A stretch of DNA of 64,000 nucleotides, from the NCBI GenBank assembly GCA_964016885.1, contig OZ024743.1:14756001-14820000 (forward strand), read 5' to 3'. The position numbers and the translations under genes were made by a program. The stretch is from Eledone cirrhosa (Eukaryota). Under the pieces are notes generated by a model. It did no database searches and was not told the origin of the DNA. It saw only the letters and a program-made list of their open reading frames with translations. Below are positions 24,521 to 38,287 of this stretch, piece by piece (the stretch's first letter is position 1; the number at the start of each line of letters is the position of its first letter).

Positions 24521-25372
24521 GATATAAATAGACTGATTTGATGACCCGGTCAAAAAAAAAAAAATAAATAAATAAAAAAAAAAAATAAATAAAATAAAAA
24601 AATAAAAACATCACAGCAGCAACGGAAAACGTAAAGAAAAGAAAACAGAAAAGAAAAACAAACAGACAGACAGACAAGAAAAAAAACTAAGTCAGACATT
24701 CAAACATTACATTACAATGAAACTTATGCTTATTCTTTTTTTTTTTTACCTATTTGTTTGTTTGTTTATTTATGTTCTTCTACAGCGTGATAGTGCCACA
24801 CTAAAATCACCGGGGGTGATGAGATCACAGGTGGTTATATAACTATACATTCACGAATCCTCGATAAGAGTGTTTAAATGTCGAACCTAAACAGTTCGAA
24901 TAACGGTGAAGTGGAGACTGGAATATCATGTGACAGACTCTCACCCAGCAGGTGCTCCCTGTCTCAGAAGCAGGGACCTGGCTGTCAAACAAATACTGCT
25001 GGTGTCGGAGGAAGAAGAAGAAGGAAAGAGACCAGAAGCAACTGGACGAAAGAATTGAATAGAACTGTTATGCAATGTTATCTGAAGAGTAACCCCAAGG
25101 AGAAAGGCTATAGAAAACGGATGCATAACATCAGGAACGAGATTGGTCTATTTAAATTAGATGAACAAAAATTGGACGGGCAGGCTCGGGTAATAAGAAC
25201 TAATGGATGGATAAGCGAGCTGGAACTGGAGGAACTGAGCAGAGAGATTAGGTTGGAAGTGGAGAGTTGAGTATGCCAGCCAAACGAGCCAGTGGGAAAT
25301 GAAGGTGAAGAGGTTGAGAGGAAGGAGCAACCATCCGAAGCAGACAATGATCAGAATGCTGAAATAAATAAT

Positions 25373-25561
25373 TGTTTCTACTTTTGGCACAAGGCCAGCA
25401 ATTATTCCAGTGTATTACTGGTACATTATTTTGTCGACCCCGTAAGGATGAAAGGCAAAGTTAAACTCGGCGGGATTTGAACTGAGAATAGCAAGGGCCG
25501 TAACTCTATGCGTCAAAATATGGCGTCCGATCCTCTACCGATACTGCCAATACAGCACCCT
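25373..25561 (-). mobile_element. SINE inserted in Dong copy E
   Basis: 16-bp TSD TGCTGAAATAAATAAT at 25357-25372 and 25562-25577. Confidence 0.92.
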
Positions 25562-27597
25562 TGCTGAAATAAATAATACCTGGGACAAAGATACGGCCAT
25601 TGAGGAGATAAATGCTGACGGGCTAGGACAAGATTTGGTTGATATCCTAAACTTAGTGGTACATGAATTGAACAATGATAGTGGGAAACCTATGAACCTA
25701 AGATTTGTAGACAGGAAAAAGTTAAAAGAAACGACAGCTAAAGTAAACAAAGTCATCCCATACCTTGAGGCGAGGAGCCTTCACCAGTGCAACAATATCC
25801 TCAAAACAACAGCAAATGCGGTGAGGAAATTACTTGTCATAAAATCGAGAGGAAACAACAAACAAGAAAGATCAGAACCTTGGTGGAAGAAACGACTGAA
25901 TGGTCAAATCAGGGAAATGAGAAATGACATTGGAAAGCTTGAGTCCCTACTGAATGGGACACTACAAAACATAGACACTAAAAATAGAATGGAAATAAAG
26001 TACAAAACTAGGAGGAAAAAGCTAAATATTATCATAGAGGAACTGAAGCAACGCATTGTAGCAAAGAGTGCGAAAAATAGGCGATACGAGAGCAGAATCA
26101 GTCAGTATAAACAGAACCACATGTTTTAAAAGTTAATATGGGAGCAGGATGTTAAACAAAATGACCAGGCAGTGTGAATTGAGACAGTACAAAAGGAGAT
26201 CAGTGAACAGGCACACCAACAAACTGATTTGAGTCTCACAGTTGAAACTCTTGAGGGGCAGGCCAAAAAAATAACCAACTGGAAATCCCCAGGCCCAGAT
26301 GGTGTGCAGGGGTAGTGGATTAAGCATTTAACATCCCTCCACCCGAAACTAACAACCATGTTGAATGACTGCTTGATATCAGGTGAGGTACCAGAGTGGT
26401 TGACAAAAGGTACCACAGTTCTGGTAATGAAATACCGAACCAAGGGTAATGATGTTACCAACTATAGACCTACCACATGTCTGTCCGTAATGTGGAAACT
26501 GTTGACAAGCATTGTGTCTGAGGAAATCTACCATCACCTCCACATAAACAACGTGTTACCGGACGAACAGAAAATGCCAAAAGAAGTCCCGTGGTACAAA
26601 GGACCAGTTATTTATTGATAAGATGGTAATGAGGAATTGCAGGAGGAGACACACTGGTTTTGCCATGCGATGGATAGACTACAAAAAGGCATTCGACATG
26701 GTACTTCATTCTTGGATAAACAAAATCCTAGAGATCTTCAAGGTGGCAGATAACATCAGACAGTTGTTGGGCAAAAGTATGAAGTCCTGGAAAACAGAGT
26801 TAACATCAGCTGGAGAATCCTTGGGAGACGTGAAGATCAAGAGAGGTATCTTCCAGGGAGATAGTTTGTACCCTCTGTTTTTTGTCTTTGCCCTGATCCC
26901 CCTGACCATTATACTGCGAAAAGTGAGAGCAGGATACAAGTTGTGAAAGGGAGAGCTTACCATCAATCACCTCCTCTTCATGGACGATCTTAAACACTTC
27001 GAGAAGAGTATTTTCAGAAATGATATATGTATGCAATCTGGTAATAGAAAGTGTGGAGTCCTTGTGATGAAGAGGGTAAATTGAGAAGAAGCAACGGAAT
27101 CCAGATAAAATCAGGTGAGATGATAAAGGAAATTGATACTGTAGACGGATACAAATATTTAGGTTTTCTGGAGGCTGATGACACCAAGAACAAAAAAATG
27201 AAGGAATTGATAAGACCTGAGTACATAAGGAGAGTAAAGAGCGTATTAAAATCACATATAAATAGTAGGAATGTCATAAGTGCAGTGAATTCCCGAGCTG
27301 TGTCTATTAGTAGGTACAGTGCCGGAATTCTGAAATGGAGTGTTGCTGTACAAAAAGAAGTGGATAGGAAGACTAGGAAGCTATTGACTATCTACAACAT
27401 TTTCCACAAGAGGAGTAATGTCGATGGACTCTACTTAAGGAGATCTGAAGGTGGAAGATATCTTATCAGCATAGAGGACTGCGTTCAGATGGAGAAAAAC
27501 AACCTACACAAATATGTGACTGATAGTAGGGACCAATGCTCAGAATTGTACTGAAGGAGAGGACAATAGACCAGGGGATGTCCAAGGAGGAAATAAT

Positions 27598-27778
27598 AGT
27601 TTCTACTTTAGGCACAAGGCCAGCAATTATCCAGTGCATTACTGGTACTTTATTTTATCGACCCCGTAAGGATGAAAGGCAAAGTCAACCTCGGCGGGAT
27701 GTGAACTCAGATCGTAAAGGGACGTAACTATGCTGGAAAGCATGGCGTCCGACCCTCTACCGATACTGCCAATCCACC
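27598..27778 (-). mobile_element. SINE inserted in Dong copy E
   Basis: Family match; inserted at an AATAA site in the ORF. Confidence 0.92.
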
Positions 27779-28829
27779 AATAACAAGGAGAAAGAGAAAC
27801 ATTCATGAAATATCCCTTCATAGAACCTTCTTGAGAAAACTGAATTTAGAGATCCACAGACATGGAACTGGTTGAAAAGAGGAGACCTTAAAAAGGTTAC
27901 AGAAGGAATGCTAATGGCTGCGCTAGGGCAGCCCTTCAAAACGAAGTGGCTGAAACACCATATTTACAAGGAGGAGGCTAGCCCACTGTGCAGGATCTGT
28001 GGAGAGAGAGAGGAGACTCTGGCTCACATTGTATCCGAGTGTAAACACCTAGACTCACTATAAAGGCTGGAGACATGATGTGATGGGCAGGGTGATCCAC
28101 TGGCACCTATGCAAAGTAAACAATTTACCACATTCTGAGAAGTGGTATGAGCATAAGCCAGAGTCGGTGATAGAAAACGATCCAGTGAAGTTGGTGTGGG
28201 ATTTTAGGATACAGACGGACAAGAAACTGGAACACAATAGACCTGACCTGGTGGTTTTGGACAAGGAAAATAGATCGTGCCTGATTGTGGATGTGGCCTG
28301 CCAATTCAAGAGTGCAAGAGAAGAGAGAGAAAATTAACCGATACCAGGACTTAAAGTGTGAGGTAAAAAAGATTTGGAACTGCCATGAAGTCAAATGGTC
28401 CCGATTGTCATAGGCGCACTAGGTACTATCTCAAAGAGTTTCCAAGGATGGTTAAAGAAAATTAGTCCTGCCCCGCTTTTTGGAACACTTCAAAAGGTAT
28501 GCTTGCTGGGAACAGCAAGAATCCTCCAATACGTCCTGAATATATGAGGCTGCAGGTAGTGGCTTGCTATTCATTTTAACAAACTTTCCAGTTAAATAAC
28601 ATCAATGACTGGGACTCAAAAAACAATAATAATAATAATAATGGTTTCTTTATTGGCCACAGGGGTTGACGCGAGGAAAAACATTAGAGACGGCACAGAA
28701 GAGTACAGGACGATACCAAGTGGGTTTTGGTCGTGTAAACATGTTATAACAAAATCGGGCTAGAAATCCAAAAAAAATTCAAACGACAAAAATTCCCCAA
28801 GAAGGGGAAAACCTCCGAGGGTCACTCGT

Positions 28830-31800
28830 GGTGAAAACCACACAAAAGACCACGGCCACCCTGACCACCAGGGCAAGCGCCCTTTCTGACGTTTTCCACA
28901 CCTCAGTCTGCGGGCCCGTTCACTCGGACCTGACTCGCTACTTTCACCGACCTTTCAACAAACTTACTAGAACACAGCACTTGCCTCTCCACACTGATTT
29001 TCCTCTTCAAGTAAAACTTGAAAAAAGTTAATCAGGGATTGGCCGGAGAGGAAAGTGTCCGTGTTCAACCCTTACAATCTTGTCCACCACCCAATCTCTT
29101 TCGCTATGTCCACCAGGCAGATGAAAACTGCCTGCCCTTCCTCCTCTTTAAAGGAGGATGGCGGGGCTATTTGCACAATGGACTCAGTCGATAACCGGAT
29201 CCGGCCTACACGCGACTGCAGCTGCGACATAGCTCCACAAGTCAGCAATCCTCGGGCACTGAACGAGTGCGTGAAGGGCGGTTACGTCGCCCTGCGCGCA
29301 TCTCTGACAGTCTCGGCTGACAGCACCTCCGTTCCTGTAGAGCTTATCCCGAACCGGCAACGCTCTCCGGTAGCACTGCCAGGCCAGGCATTTCTGGAAG
29401 TTGTCCATAGGCCCCAGTCTGAAAGTTCTTTTGAAGAGAGCGAACAGTTGATCGTCTTCGACGACTAGAGTCTCTTCGAGAACGTCGTCTCTCTTTCCCT
29501 CCACTAGCCCTCTATAGAACGCTGAAGTGGATGTTACACCGATACTAGTACACAGCCGGTAGAGGGCGGTGAGCGCTCGGAGATATTCCAGCTTCCAAGC
29601 GCTAACCCTCGGTCTTTTCTTGATCCATGACTGCAGCTCTGTCAAGGAGATGAGCTGGGGAAAAGATTTCGCAGCCTCAGCACGTGTTTGCGTATCATCA
29701 GCCACGGCATACCTAGTCCTCCACGCAACGGGTGTTGACAGAAAATGAATCGCCTGACCATGGGAGCACGTCCCTTCCACAAAAAGCGGAAGAGAAGGTG
29801 CTCCATTTTGGTCAGAGTTGGGCGGGGGGCAAGGTACGACGGTCAGGCGGTAGCAGATGGCGGACGCTATGTACGTATTCGCCACCTCCACCCGACCTTT
29901 CAGAGACAATTTCCTCTCGGCCCATTTGTGGGTGAGAGAAGCCACCTTGCTCGTCGAACAAGAGACCGAGCAATTTAACCGGTCCTTCCATCCAGCGCGC
30001 CGCGACGCTGTTGTCGGACGGCATGGACCTGCCACTCCAGGTGCCGAGTGCAAGCCCACCTACTTTTCCTGGTTTATCCTTGCTCCTGTCACCGCTTCGT
30101 ATTCCTTGAGAGCGGTGTCGAGCATCTGGACGTGTTTGGTGCCAACACCACCACAGTGACGCCGTGGGCGTAAGCTGAGACAGATCTGCCGATAACCCAG
30201 TTCGCGTGGGACCCCCCTCATCGTCTCCAATTTATGTAGTAAAGGCTCCAGGGCCAGTACGTACAAGAGGGACGAGAGGGCGCAAACCTGGTGGACCGAG
30301 CGCATGATGCTGAAAGGCTGCGACAGGTGACCATTTACCCTCACAATCTACCAGATGTCGCTTTACATCGCAGCGATCCAGCCCCTAAAAACGGGCCCGA
30401 AGCCAGCCGCCTCGAGAACCGCAGCCAGTTACCTATGGTCGACCCTATCAAATGCTTTAGATTTATCCAACTTGATCAGGGCCCCACTCGTGCCAGGTTC
30501 CTTAACCATCCTCTCTATGATGCATCGCATGAGATGGAGGTTGTCGTGGATGGGGCTGTCCGGGATGGCGCATGTCTGCGCCTCTGCCACCAGATCACTG
30601 ACGATAAGCGCCGATCTCTTTGCTAACTCCATGGCCAAAATCTTAAACTATGCGTTTAGCAGAGTTATGGACCTGAAATTGTCTATAACGTCTACCTTGT
30701 TCGGGTATTTTCTCAGCAGCGCCACCGCTCCCCGGCTCACGAAATCTGGGAATGCTCCCGTTCTGCTTCCAGTTGCAGTAGACATCTGCCAAGAGGTCGC
30801 CGACAAGTCTGGCATATACGTATAAAGCTCGTAGGGCAGAACATCCAAACCTGACGTGCTGTCAGACATCGCGCCCCGTATTTCACCTGCTGTTATCGAC
30901 TTTTTGCAGCACTGCGCTGCGGTCGTCGAGAGCTGCGGAAGTCCGTCGAGGTATGCACCGAAGTCAATACTCCGATCCGGCCCGCCGTCGCTCCCGAACA
31001 ATTGAGCAAAGTGCTGTTGAAAAGACGCCCACATCTGCTTGGGTTCGAGCAACATGCGCACGTTTGATTAGGCAAATACCTAATTGTGGACATGTTGCCA
31101 CGTCGCGACACCACCACCCGGGCCCATTGAACGGCTTTCGTCCCCTCGTGACTTAGGGCACACGTTCTAGCTCTGACAACGCTGTCTTCATGCTTTGCGT
31201 TGAAGAATTGGTCGAGTGCCAATCTCGCCGCAAGCACGTCGGTTGCGATGTCTGTCCTAAACACCTCTTTTAGCCTTCTAACTAACTCTCCCTATAATCT
31301 ATCACTACTCCTTTGCTAGACCTTATCGATTCTACTCTAATAGCCCTTTTCAGGGTAAACCACCACCTGTTGTTGACAATCGCACCCGTCAACGCACACT
31401 TCACTAATTCGCTAATCCGGTCTCTGTAAGCTTTGCGCGCCGGGAACGACGCGTTCAGCTTCCAGTAGTCGGGCCCTTGCATATGGAGTCTATCTAAGTC
31501 AACTCCACAGATCACAAATTTGTGGTCCGTGTATCGACTACTTTAAATTGTGGGCAACCTATACTAGCCTTGTCTGTTTCCCTACAGAATACCCTATACG
31601 ATCTGGATGACCCGATGCGGTTGCCCATGTCCACATTGGTACATTCGAATACTCCAGTCTATACCTGCCAGACAGTTAAAAACGTCTGAGCAGTTTGTTG
31701 AGGCTTGTATACCCCCCTTCCCTGTCTACTAGCCCCACATAATTCCAGCGTACATCTAAGATACCGTTCCAGTCGCCCACTAACACTAAAGAGCGGGACG

Positions 31801-32188
31801 TTCCAAGAAAGGTCTCTAGACGTCTGAAGAAATCTGGCCGTCCTGCCCTTGTTGGGGCGTAGATGGCTACTAGCCTGAAAGCATTCCCTTCGCTGCCGGT
31901 CACGACCAGCACCATCGACTTACCGTCAGGGTCCAGGAAGATGGCCCGTATGGCGAGATCCAAGCCTCTCCGCAATAGCACGGCACCCCCCGATCCTGGA
32001 CGGCTGGGAGATGCATATACATCGTAGCCGTCGAAGATCGGTGCGAAGGCTCGTGCTTCGGAGATTCTGGTCTCGCTGATGGCCACCACATCTATGTTTA
32101 CTGATCTCAGGTCGTTTAGCGGGTGACCCTACTTCCAAGATGACCCCAGGCCACGTACATTTATACTGCCTATTCTAAGTACGGCCAT
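28830..32188 (-). pseudogene. Tx1 copy 2 ORF2 (APE + RT)
   Basis: MAVLRIGSINVRGL, ISETR, AIYAP, VGDWN, TDHK, YWKLN, LDKSKAFDRVDH; many breaks; 3' limit approximate. Confidence 0.85.
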
Positions 32189-32224
32189 GTTGGATGAGAT
32201 ACGGGGTAAGTGAGAAAGGAATAT

Positions 32225-34167
32225 TACATTGATCGTGTGGGTAAGGGACAGTAGAACCATTCCTTTGGCTGGTCATGGGTGTTTCCAAGGGGATGTCTGT
32301 GTATATCCTCTTGGTAACCGACCCTCGTAAGTCTCCAACTGCGTTGGGAAATGTTTGCTAAAAAGTTTGTAATGTTCTATTGAGATTTCAATGTTGTTTA
32401 TGTTTGTCGGGAGAGTTCTTGATGTTGATGGGGTATAGTATTTATTTTGTGATGTATGTATGCTGCTTTATTCGTTGTATGAGTTCTTTATTTGCCACGT
32501 TTATGGCTGTGTACGTTTTTGTGTCTCTGTTGGGTGTGTGTGTTTTTTTGTGTTTGCGATGTTGGTGTTTTTGGTGATTCTGGTAGTGGTGTGGTTGTTG
32601 TTGGTGGTGATGCTTGTGATGATGGTGGTGGTGTTGCTGCAAGCCTCCTTGCAGCCTTTACCGCTCTTTGTCTGCCTTCGCTTTTGGAGGGTGAAGCTAT
32701 GGTTTTTTTTTGTTTTTTGTTTTTTGTTTTTTGTGGCAGACCGTTTCCCACTTCCCTCCCGCTTCACACTCCATGTCGGACCCCACGATGTCCGGGAGGG
32801 GCATGAGCTCCACCGATGTTGGTGGTGGTAGTGGAGCCCGCTCCAGCGATTTTACCGCCGGCGTAGCTACTGCGATGTTGGTGTTGCCGCCACTGCTGCC
32901 GCTACTTTAGTTGTCCGTGGCCTTGGTATGAATGCCACGAACGTTGCCATACTACTCATCATGGAAGGGTCTTCTGCCTCTGTTTCCTGCCCTGCTCTTG
33001 GTAGCAGTGGATCAGGCGTCGGAAGGAGGGGGCCCTCTTCTTGGATGTCTTCTGCGGGCAGAAGGCCCTCAGGTGACCCTTCTGCCTACAGAGATATTAC
33101 TTTGGGCGCCTTCCCTCCACGCTTATAGGGAGATGGAGCCCTTCTTCAAGGTCTATGAGGTCTGGGATGGCCTCGATGCACTCTTGGTCAGTCTGTATTA
33201 GCATTTGCATGACTATTCCTGAGCAGTTCTCTCTTCCCATTCTCTGTATTTGTAGTATGGTGGTCGATTCCAGCCAGTACAGACGCGGCCAGCCGAGGTA
33301 TGGTCACGTCGGGCGGGACCTTGGTCACTTTGACCCTTACACTTTTCTGCCCGCAATAGAAGGTCACCAAGACTATCCCCTCACTCTTTATGGTTTCCAA
33401 AGAGTGAGACTTCGCCTCTTGGGGGGGGGGGGCGGGCGAAAAGTACGTCTACTGTGCCCTACTTTTTGCCTCGGGTGATGTGGATTTTGCGCGCCCAGAC
33501 GCACCGCAAGGCCTTTTTGATTTGAGCCTCCGTGGCTCTCTCCACCCGATGCGACATTTTGCTTACGGTGCGGTAAGTCACCGTGCGCAGTTGCTGGTCT
33601 TTGAAGAAATCGGATGGAGGTTTCGGGGAAACTCTGTTGTCGTTTCTCGACACCCTGCTCTTGCGACCGCTATCTCCTCCTCAGTGACTAGCACTGTTTC
33701 TATATTTCGGGCCACGCCTGCGAAAGAAGTGGCACCTTTTTCAGCGGCACCATTATTGCTGACGCTACTGGTCTTGTTGTTGTTGTTGTTGCTGTTGCTA
33801 CTGCTACGAACGGTGTTGTTGGTGTTGTTGCTCTTATCACAGTTGTAGTTTTGGTGCCACCGTTGTTGTTGTTTTCTGTGCAATTTGTATTGTTGCTGTT
33901 GGTGTTGTCGTTATTTACTTTCTTGTTAGTGGTGTTAATATCGTTGTTGCATTTGTTGTCTTTTTTTTCTGTTGTCTGTATTTTCGTTGACGCTGTTATT
34001 GTTGTAGTTCGTGTGGTAATTCTTTCGAAATTAGTGTTCTCAGTATTGTCTTTGTTCACGTTGTTTGTATTTGTGTCTGTCGTAACAATGTTTGTAAACC
34101 TCCTCTCAACTTTTACGCCGTTGTCAGACGACAGCAGATATATTGCTAAGGGGCGTGGCTCAGCCAT
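32225..34167 (-). pseudogene. Tx1 copy 2 ORF1
   Basis: MAEPRPLAIYLLSSDN, LRTVTYRTV, GHLRAFCP knuckle remnant. Confidence 0.75.
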
Positions 34168-34393
34168 GTTTTTATTTTTTTTTAAACAATTTTTTTTAAA
34201 AGGTAAAATTTTCAAATATTTGGTCCAAAAGGCCCAAATATTATACTTTCCCCTTCACAGGGCAAAGACTAAGGGCTTATATCCCTAACACAACAATAAC
34301 TATTTAACAACAAATAATTTTAACAGGCAAATAAAGCGACTTACTGGGAGCAAGCAAAAAGCGTCCGAACAGACCGATAATAATAATAATAAT

Positions 34394-34573
34394 TGTTTCT
34401 ACTTTAGGCACAAGGCCAGCAATTACCCAGTGCATTACTGGTACTTTATTTTATCGACCTCGTAAGGATGAAAGGCAAAGTCAACCTCGGCGGGATTTGA
34501 ACTCAGATCGTAAAGAGACGTAACTATACTGGAAAGCATGGCGTCCGACCCTCTACCGATACTGCCAATCCAC
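34394..34573 (-). mobile_element. SINE between Tx1 copies 2 and 3
   Basis: Family match in (AAT)n. Confidence 0.92.
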
Positions 34574-34759
34574 AATAATAATGATTTCATTTATTGGCCA
34601 CAAGGGATGACATATAGGGGACAATACAAAAGACTGGGACAGTGGGGTATTACAGAAAAGTCGAGTAAACAATATGAATAACAATAACAAAGTAACAATA
34701 ACAAAGTAACAATAAAGTAACAAGAAAATAACAAGAAAAAATTCCCCAATAGAGGGGAT

Positions 34760-37700
34760 GACCACCCAGGGTTCGCTCAGGTACCCCACCAATCCTGAAC
34801 GACCCGACGCTTCGAGAGCACCCTGGAAGGGCACCTCTCTACTTCTCAAATTTACCTACCTACAGCCGCATGACCAGAGTAGGCCCACTCACACGGGCCA
34901 TTCTCGCCACATTCACCCACCTTTCAGCAAATGTACTGGGGGTTGGGGGGAAGCACTTCTCTCTCCACCCTCACCTTCCTTTCCAAGTGAAAGTTGAAAA
35001 AGTTGATGAGGGATTGGCGGAAGAGAAAAGTGTCTGTCTTCAGTCCTTTCAACCTCGTCCACCATACAACCTCTTTCGCTACTGCCACAAGACAGAGGAA
35101 AATTGCCTGCCCTTCCTGGCCAAAAGAAGGCGGCGGGTCGATCTTCACTATGGACTCGGCCGATAGCCGGATCCGCTCTACACGCGACAACAGCTGTTCA
35201 ACATAACTCCACAAGTCACTAATGCACGGACACTGGACGAGTGCGTGCAGAACGGTTTCGTCGCTCTGCGCGCATCTTGAGCAGGTCCGTCTGACAGCAC
35301 TTCCGTGCCTGTAGCGTTTATCTCCAACCGGCAGTGCCCCCCGGTAGCACTGCCAAGCGAGAGATCTTTGGAAATTATCTCCGGTACAGACTGGTTAGTT
35401 CGACTTCGTTGACTCCCAGATCCTCTCCGAGTGCGACGTCGCACTTGCCCACCACTAATCCTCTAGAGAACTCGAGAGTGGACGTTCTACTGACCGCATT
35501 GCCCGCCTGGTAGAAGGCAGTTAGTGCCTGGCAACATTCCAGATGCCAGTCACCCAGTCTCGGTCTCTTCTTGACTTAGGACTGCAGCTCAGTCAAAGAA
35601 ACGAGCTTCGGAAAGACCCCTCTGACAAACGGCGACCACACCTGTTCACCGTATAGGCAGAATATCTGGAGATGGGGCAGCATCAGCGCGTGCCTGCGTA
35701 TCATTAGCCACGGCATTCCTAGCCCTCCACGTAGAGGGTGCTGGCAGCAGATGAACCGCCTCACCAGCGGAACCTGAGCTCTCCACAAGAATATTAAGAG
35801 GAGCCGCTCCAAGATGGCGAGGCGCGAACGGGGGCAAGGGACGACGGTCAGACGGTAGAAGATGACGGACGCGATGTACGCGTTCGCCACCCCCGCCCGA
35901 CCTTGATGTGATAGCTTCATCCCAACCCATTTCTGGGTGAGACTGGCTACCCTGCCCGTCACCTGGTCCCAATTCTTATCCACCTGGAGGTCTGACCCTA
36001 ACCAAACCCCTAGCAACTTCACCGGTCCGTCCGTCCAGCGCCTGTTGGACGGCATGCACTTGCCTCTCCAGGTGCCGAGTTGCAAGCCCACCGACTTTTC
36101 CGGGTTAAGTTTTGCTCCCGTCAACCTTTCATATTCCTCCAATAAGTTGCCGACCACCTCGATTTCTGAGGTGTCCGACACCATAACGGTGATGTCGTCC
36201 GCATAAGCCGACACAGCCTTTCCGCGTCCCGGTTCGAGCGGGATGCCCTGCAACAGCTCCAGCTTCTGCAGTAAAGGCTCGAGAGTCAATACGTACAGAA
36301 GGGAGGAGAGAGGGCACCCTTGACGGACCGATCGGGAGACTTGAAACGGTTCCGAGAGGTGGCCATTAATTTTGACCATCGAGCAGGTGCCGCTGTGCAT
36401 TGCAGCGATCCAGCTTCTGAAGACGTGGCCGAAGCCAGCCGCCTTGAGGACAGCCTCCAGGTACCGATGGTCGACCCTATCGAATGATTTCGATTGATCT
36501 AAATTGATCAGAGCCCCACCGAAGCCAGGTTTACACGCTACCCTCTCTATGAAGTATCGCATTAGGTGGAGGTTGTCGGGTATGGACGTGGTTGGGATTG
36601 CGCAAGTTTGCGCCTCCCCAACCAAATCCTCGACGACAAGCGCCAACCTCTTCGCTAACACCCTGGCCAAAATCTTAAACTCTGTGTTGAGCAGAGTTAT
36701 GGGCCTGAAATTGTCTAATGTGTCCCTCTTGTTCTTGTCTTTCCTTATCAGCATCACTACACCCCGGTTCACAGAACTGGGAATACTCCCGTTTTGCTGC
36801 CAGTTGTAGTAGAGGGCTTCGAGGACATTGGAGAACAAGTCTGGCATATTTACGTAAAGCTCGTAGCGCAGACCATCCAAACCGGGTGACTTGCGCTTCA
36901 TGCAGCCGACAAGGGCATCCTGAATCTCGGCTGAAGTAATTGGCCTTTCGCAGCGCCCAACGTCAGCCGTCGAGAGTTGCGGCAAGCCATTGAGGTAGGG
37001 ACTGAAGTCCGCCACCATCTCTCACCCGCCACTTCCCCCGAACAACCGAGCAAAATGTTGGAGAAAGGCCTCACACATCCTCTTGGAATCGTTCAGCTCG
37101 TGTCTGTCTCTGTCCGTCAAAGACCGAATCGTGGTTTTCTTACCCCGCTGCGCCTCTGCCACGCGGGCCCATCGAACAGCTTTGGTTCCCTCGTTTCTCA
37201 GAGCACGCGCCTTAGCTCTAACAATGCAACTTTCGTGTTTCGCATTGAAGAAATGGTCTAATGTCATTCTCGGCGCTAGCACGTCAGTTGCAATGCCACT
37301 ACAAATAGCCTCGTCTAACTTATCTACCAACTCCCTCTCCTTTCTATTTTTCTCTAACGCTACTTCTTTGCTAAACTCTATCGACATTACTCTAATCTCT
37401 CATTTGAGAGCCCCCCACCACCTATTGTTGACGACTCCCCCTGTCAACTTTTTCTTAACTAAATTGTTGACCTGGTCCCTGTAAGCCTTACGTGCCGGAA
37501 ATGACATGTTTAGCTTCCAGCAACCAGGTCCTAACCTACGCGTCTTATCTAGGTCAACCATACAGATCACAACCTTGTGATCTGAATAGGCGACCGTTTC
37601 AAAACGTGGACAGTTTACATTATTTCTGTCTATTTTCCTAATGAATATCCAGTCTATATACGATCTAGATGACCCTATGCGGTTAGCCCAGGTCCACACT

Positions 37701-38256
37701 GGCGCATTAGGGAAATCTAGTCGGTACCTGTCAGACAGTTGGAACTGGCTGCTCAGGTTTTGAGGCTTTTTCACCCCCCGCTCCTATCGGATACTCCCAC
37801 ACAGTCCCAGCGTGTGTCTAAGATTCCGTTCCGGTCCCCCGCTAACAGTAATGGGCGAGACGTAACCAAAATGGCTTCCAGACGTCTAAAGAAGTCCGGC
37901 CGTCCTGCCCCTTTAGGAGCATAGACGTCCACCAGTCTAAAGGCACCACCTTCGTTATTGTTCACGTCCAGGACCACCAAATTTCCGTCCGGGTCCCGGA
38001 AAATCCACTTTACCTCGAGATACAGGCATTTCCGAAACAGCACTGCCACTCCGCCTCCCATTCCCGGCCGGCTAACAGATGCAAATATCTGATAGTCATC
38101 GAAAATGGGGGCTAGTGCGCGCGTGTCGGAAATCCTGGTCTCGCTGACGGCAATTACATCCATTTCTATAGACCTGAGGTCGTTGAGCAGGTGACCCTGC
38201 TTCCAGGACGATCCCAGGCCTCGAACATTTAAACATCCTACTCTTAATACGGCCAT
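34760..38256 (-). pseudogene. Tx1 copy 3 ORF2 (APE + RT with intact YADD), frameshifted
   Basis: CLNVRGL, VSETR, VYAP, SYIDWIF, SDHK, CWKLN, NFRPITLLN, VRQGCPLS, YADD; 3' limit approximate. Confidence 0.9.
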
Positions 38257-38287
38257 GTTGGCAGGTTAAAATGAGAGAGAGGAAGGT

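Larger units (their letters stand above)
24878..28547 (+). pseudogene. Copy E ORF, with multiple stops and frameshifts
   Basis: Fragments homologous to copies A-D along the whole length. Confidence 0.88.
23844..28642 (+). mobile_element. R4/Dong copy E (near full length, older, two SINE insertions)
   Basis: Leader homologous to copy A; ORF starts MSNLNSSNNGE at 24878; 3'UTR and AAT tail. Confidence 0.9.
28643..34375 (-). mobile_element. Tx1-clade LINE copy 2 (near full length, decayed)
   Basis: 3' end CCTGTGGCCAATAAAGAAACCATTATT; 5' end near-identical to copy 3; AAT on both sides. Confidence 0.88.
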
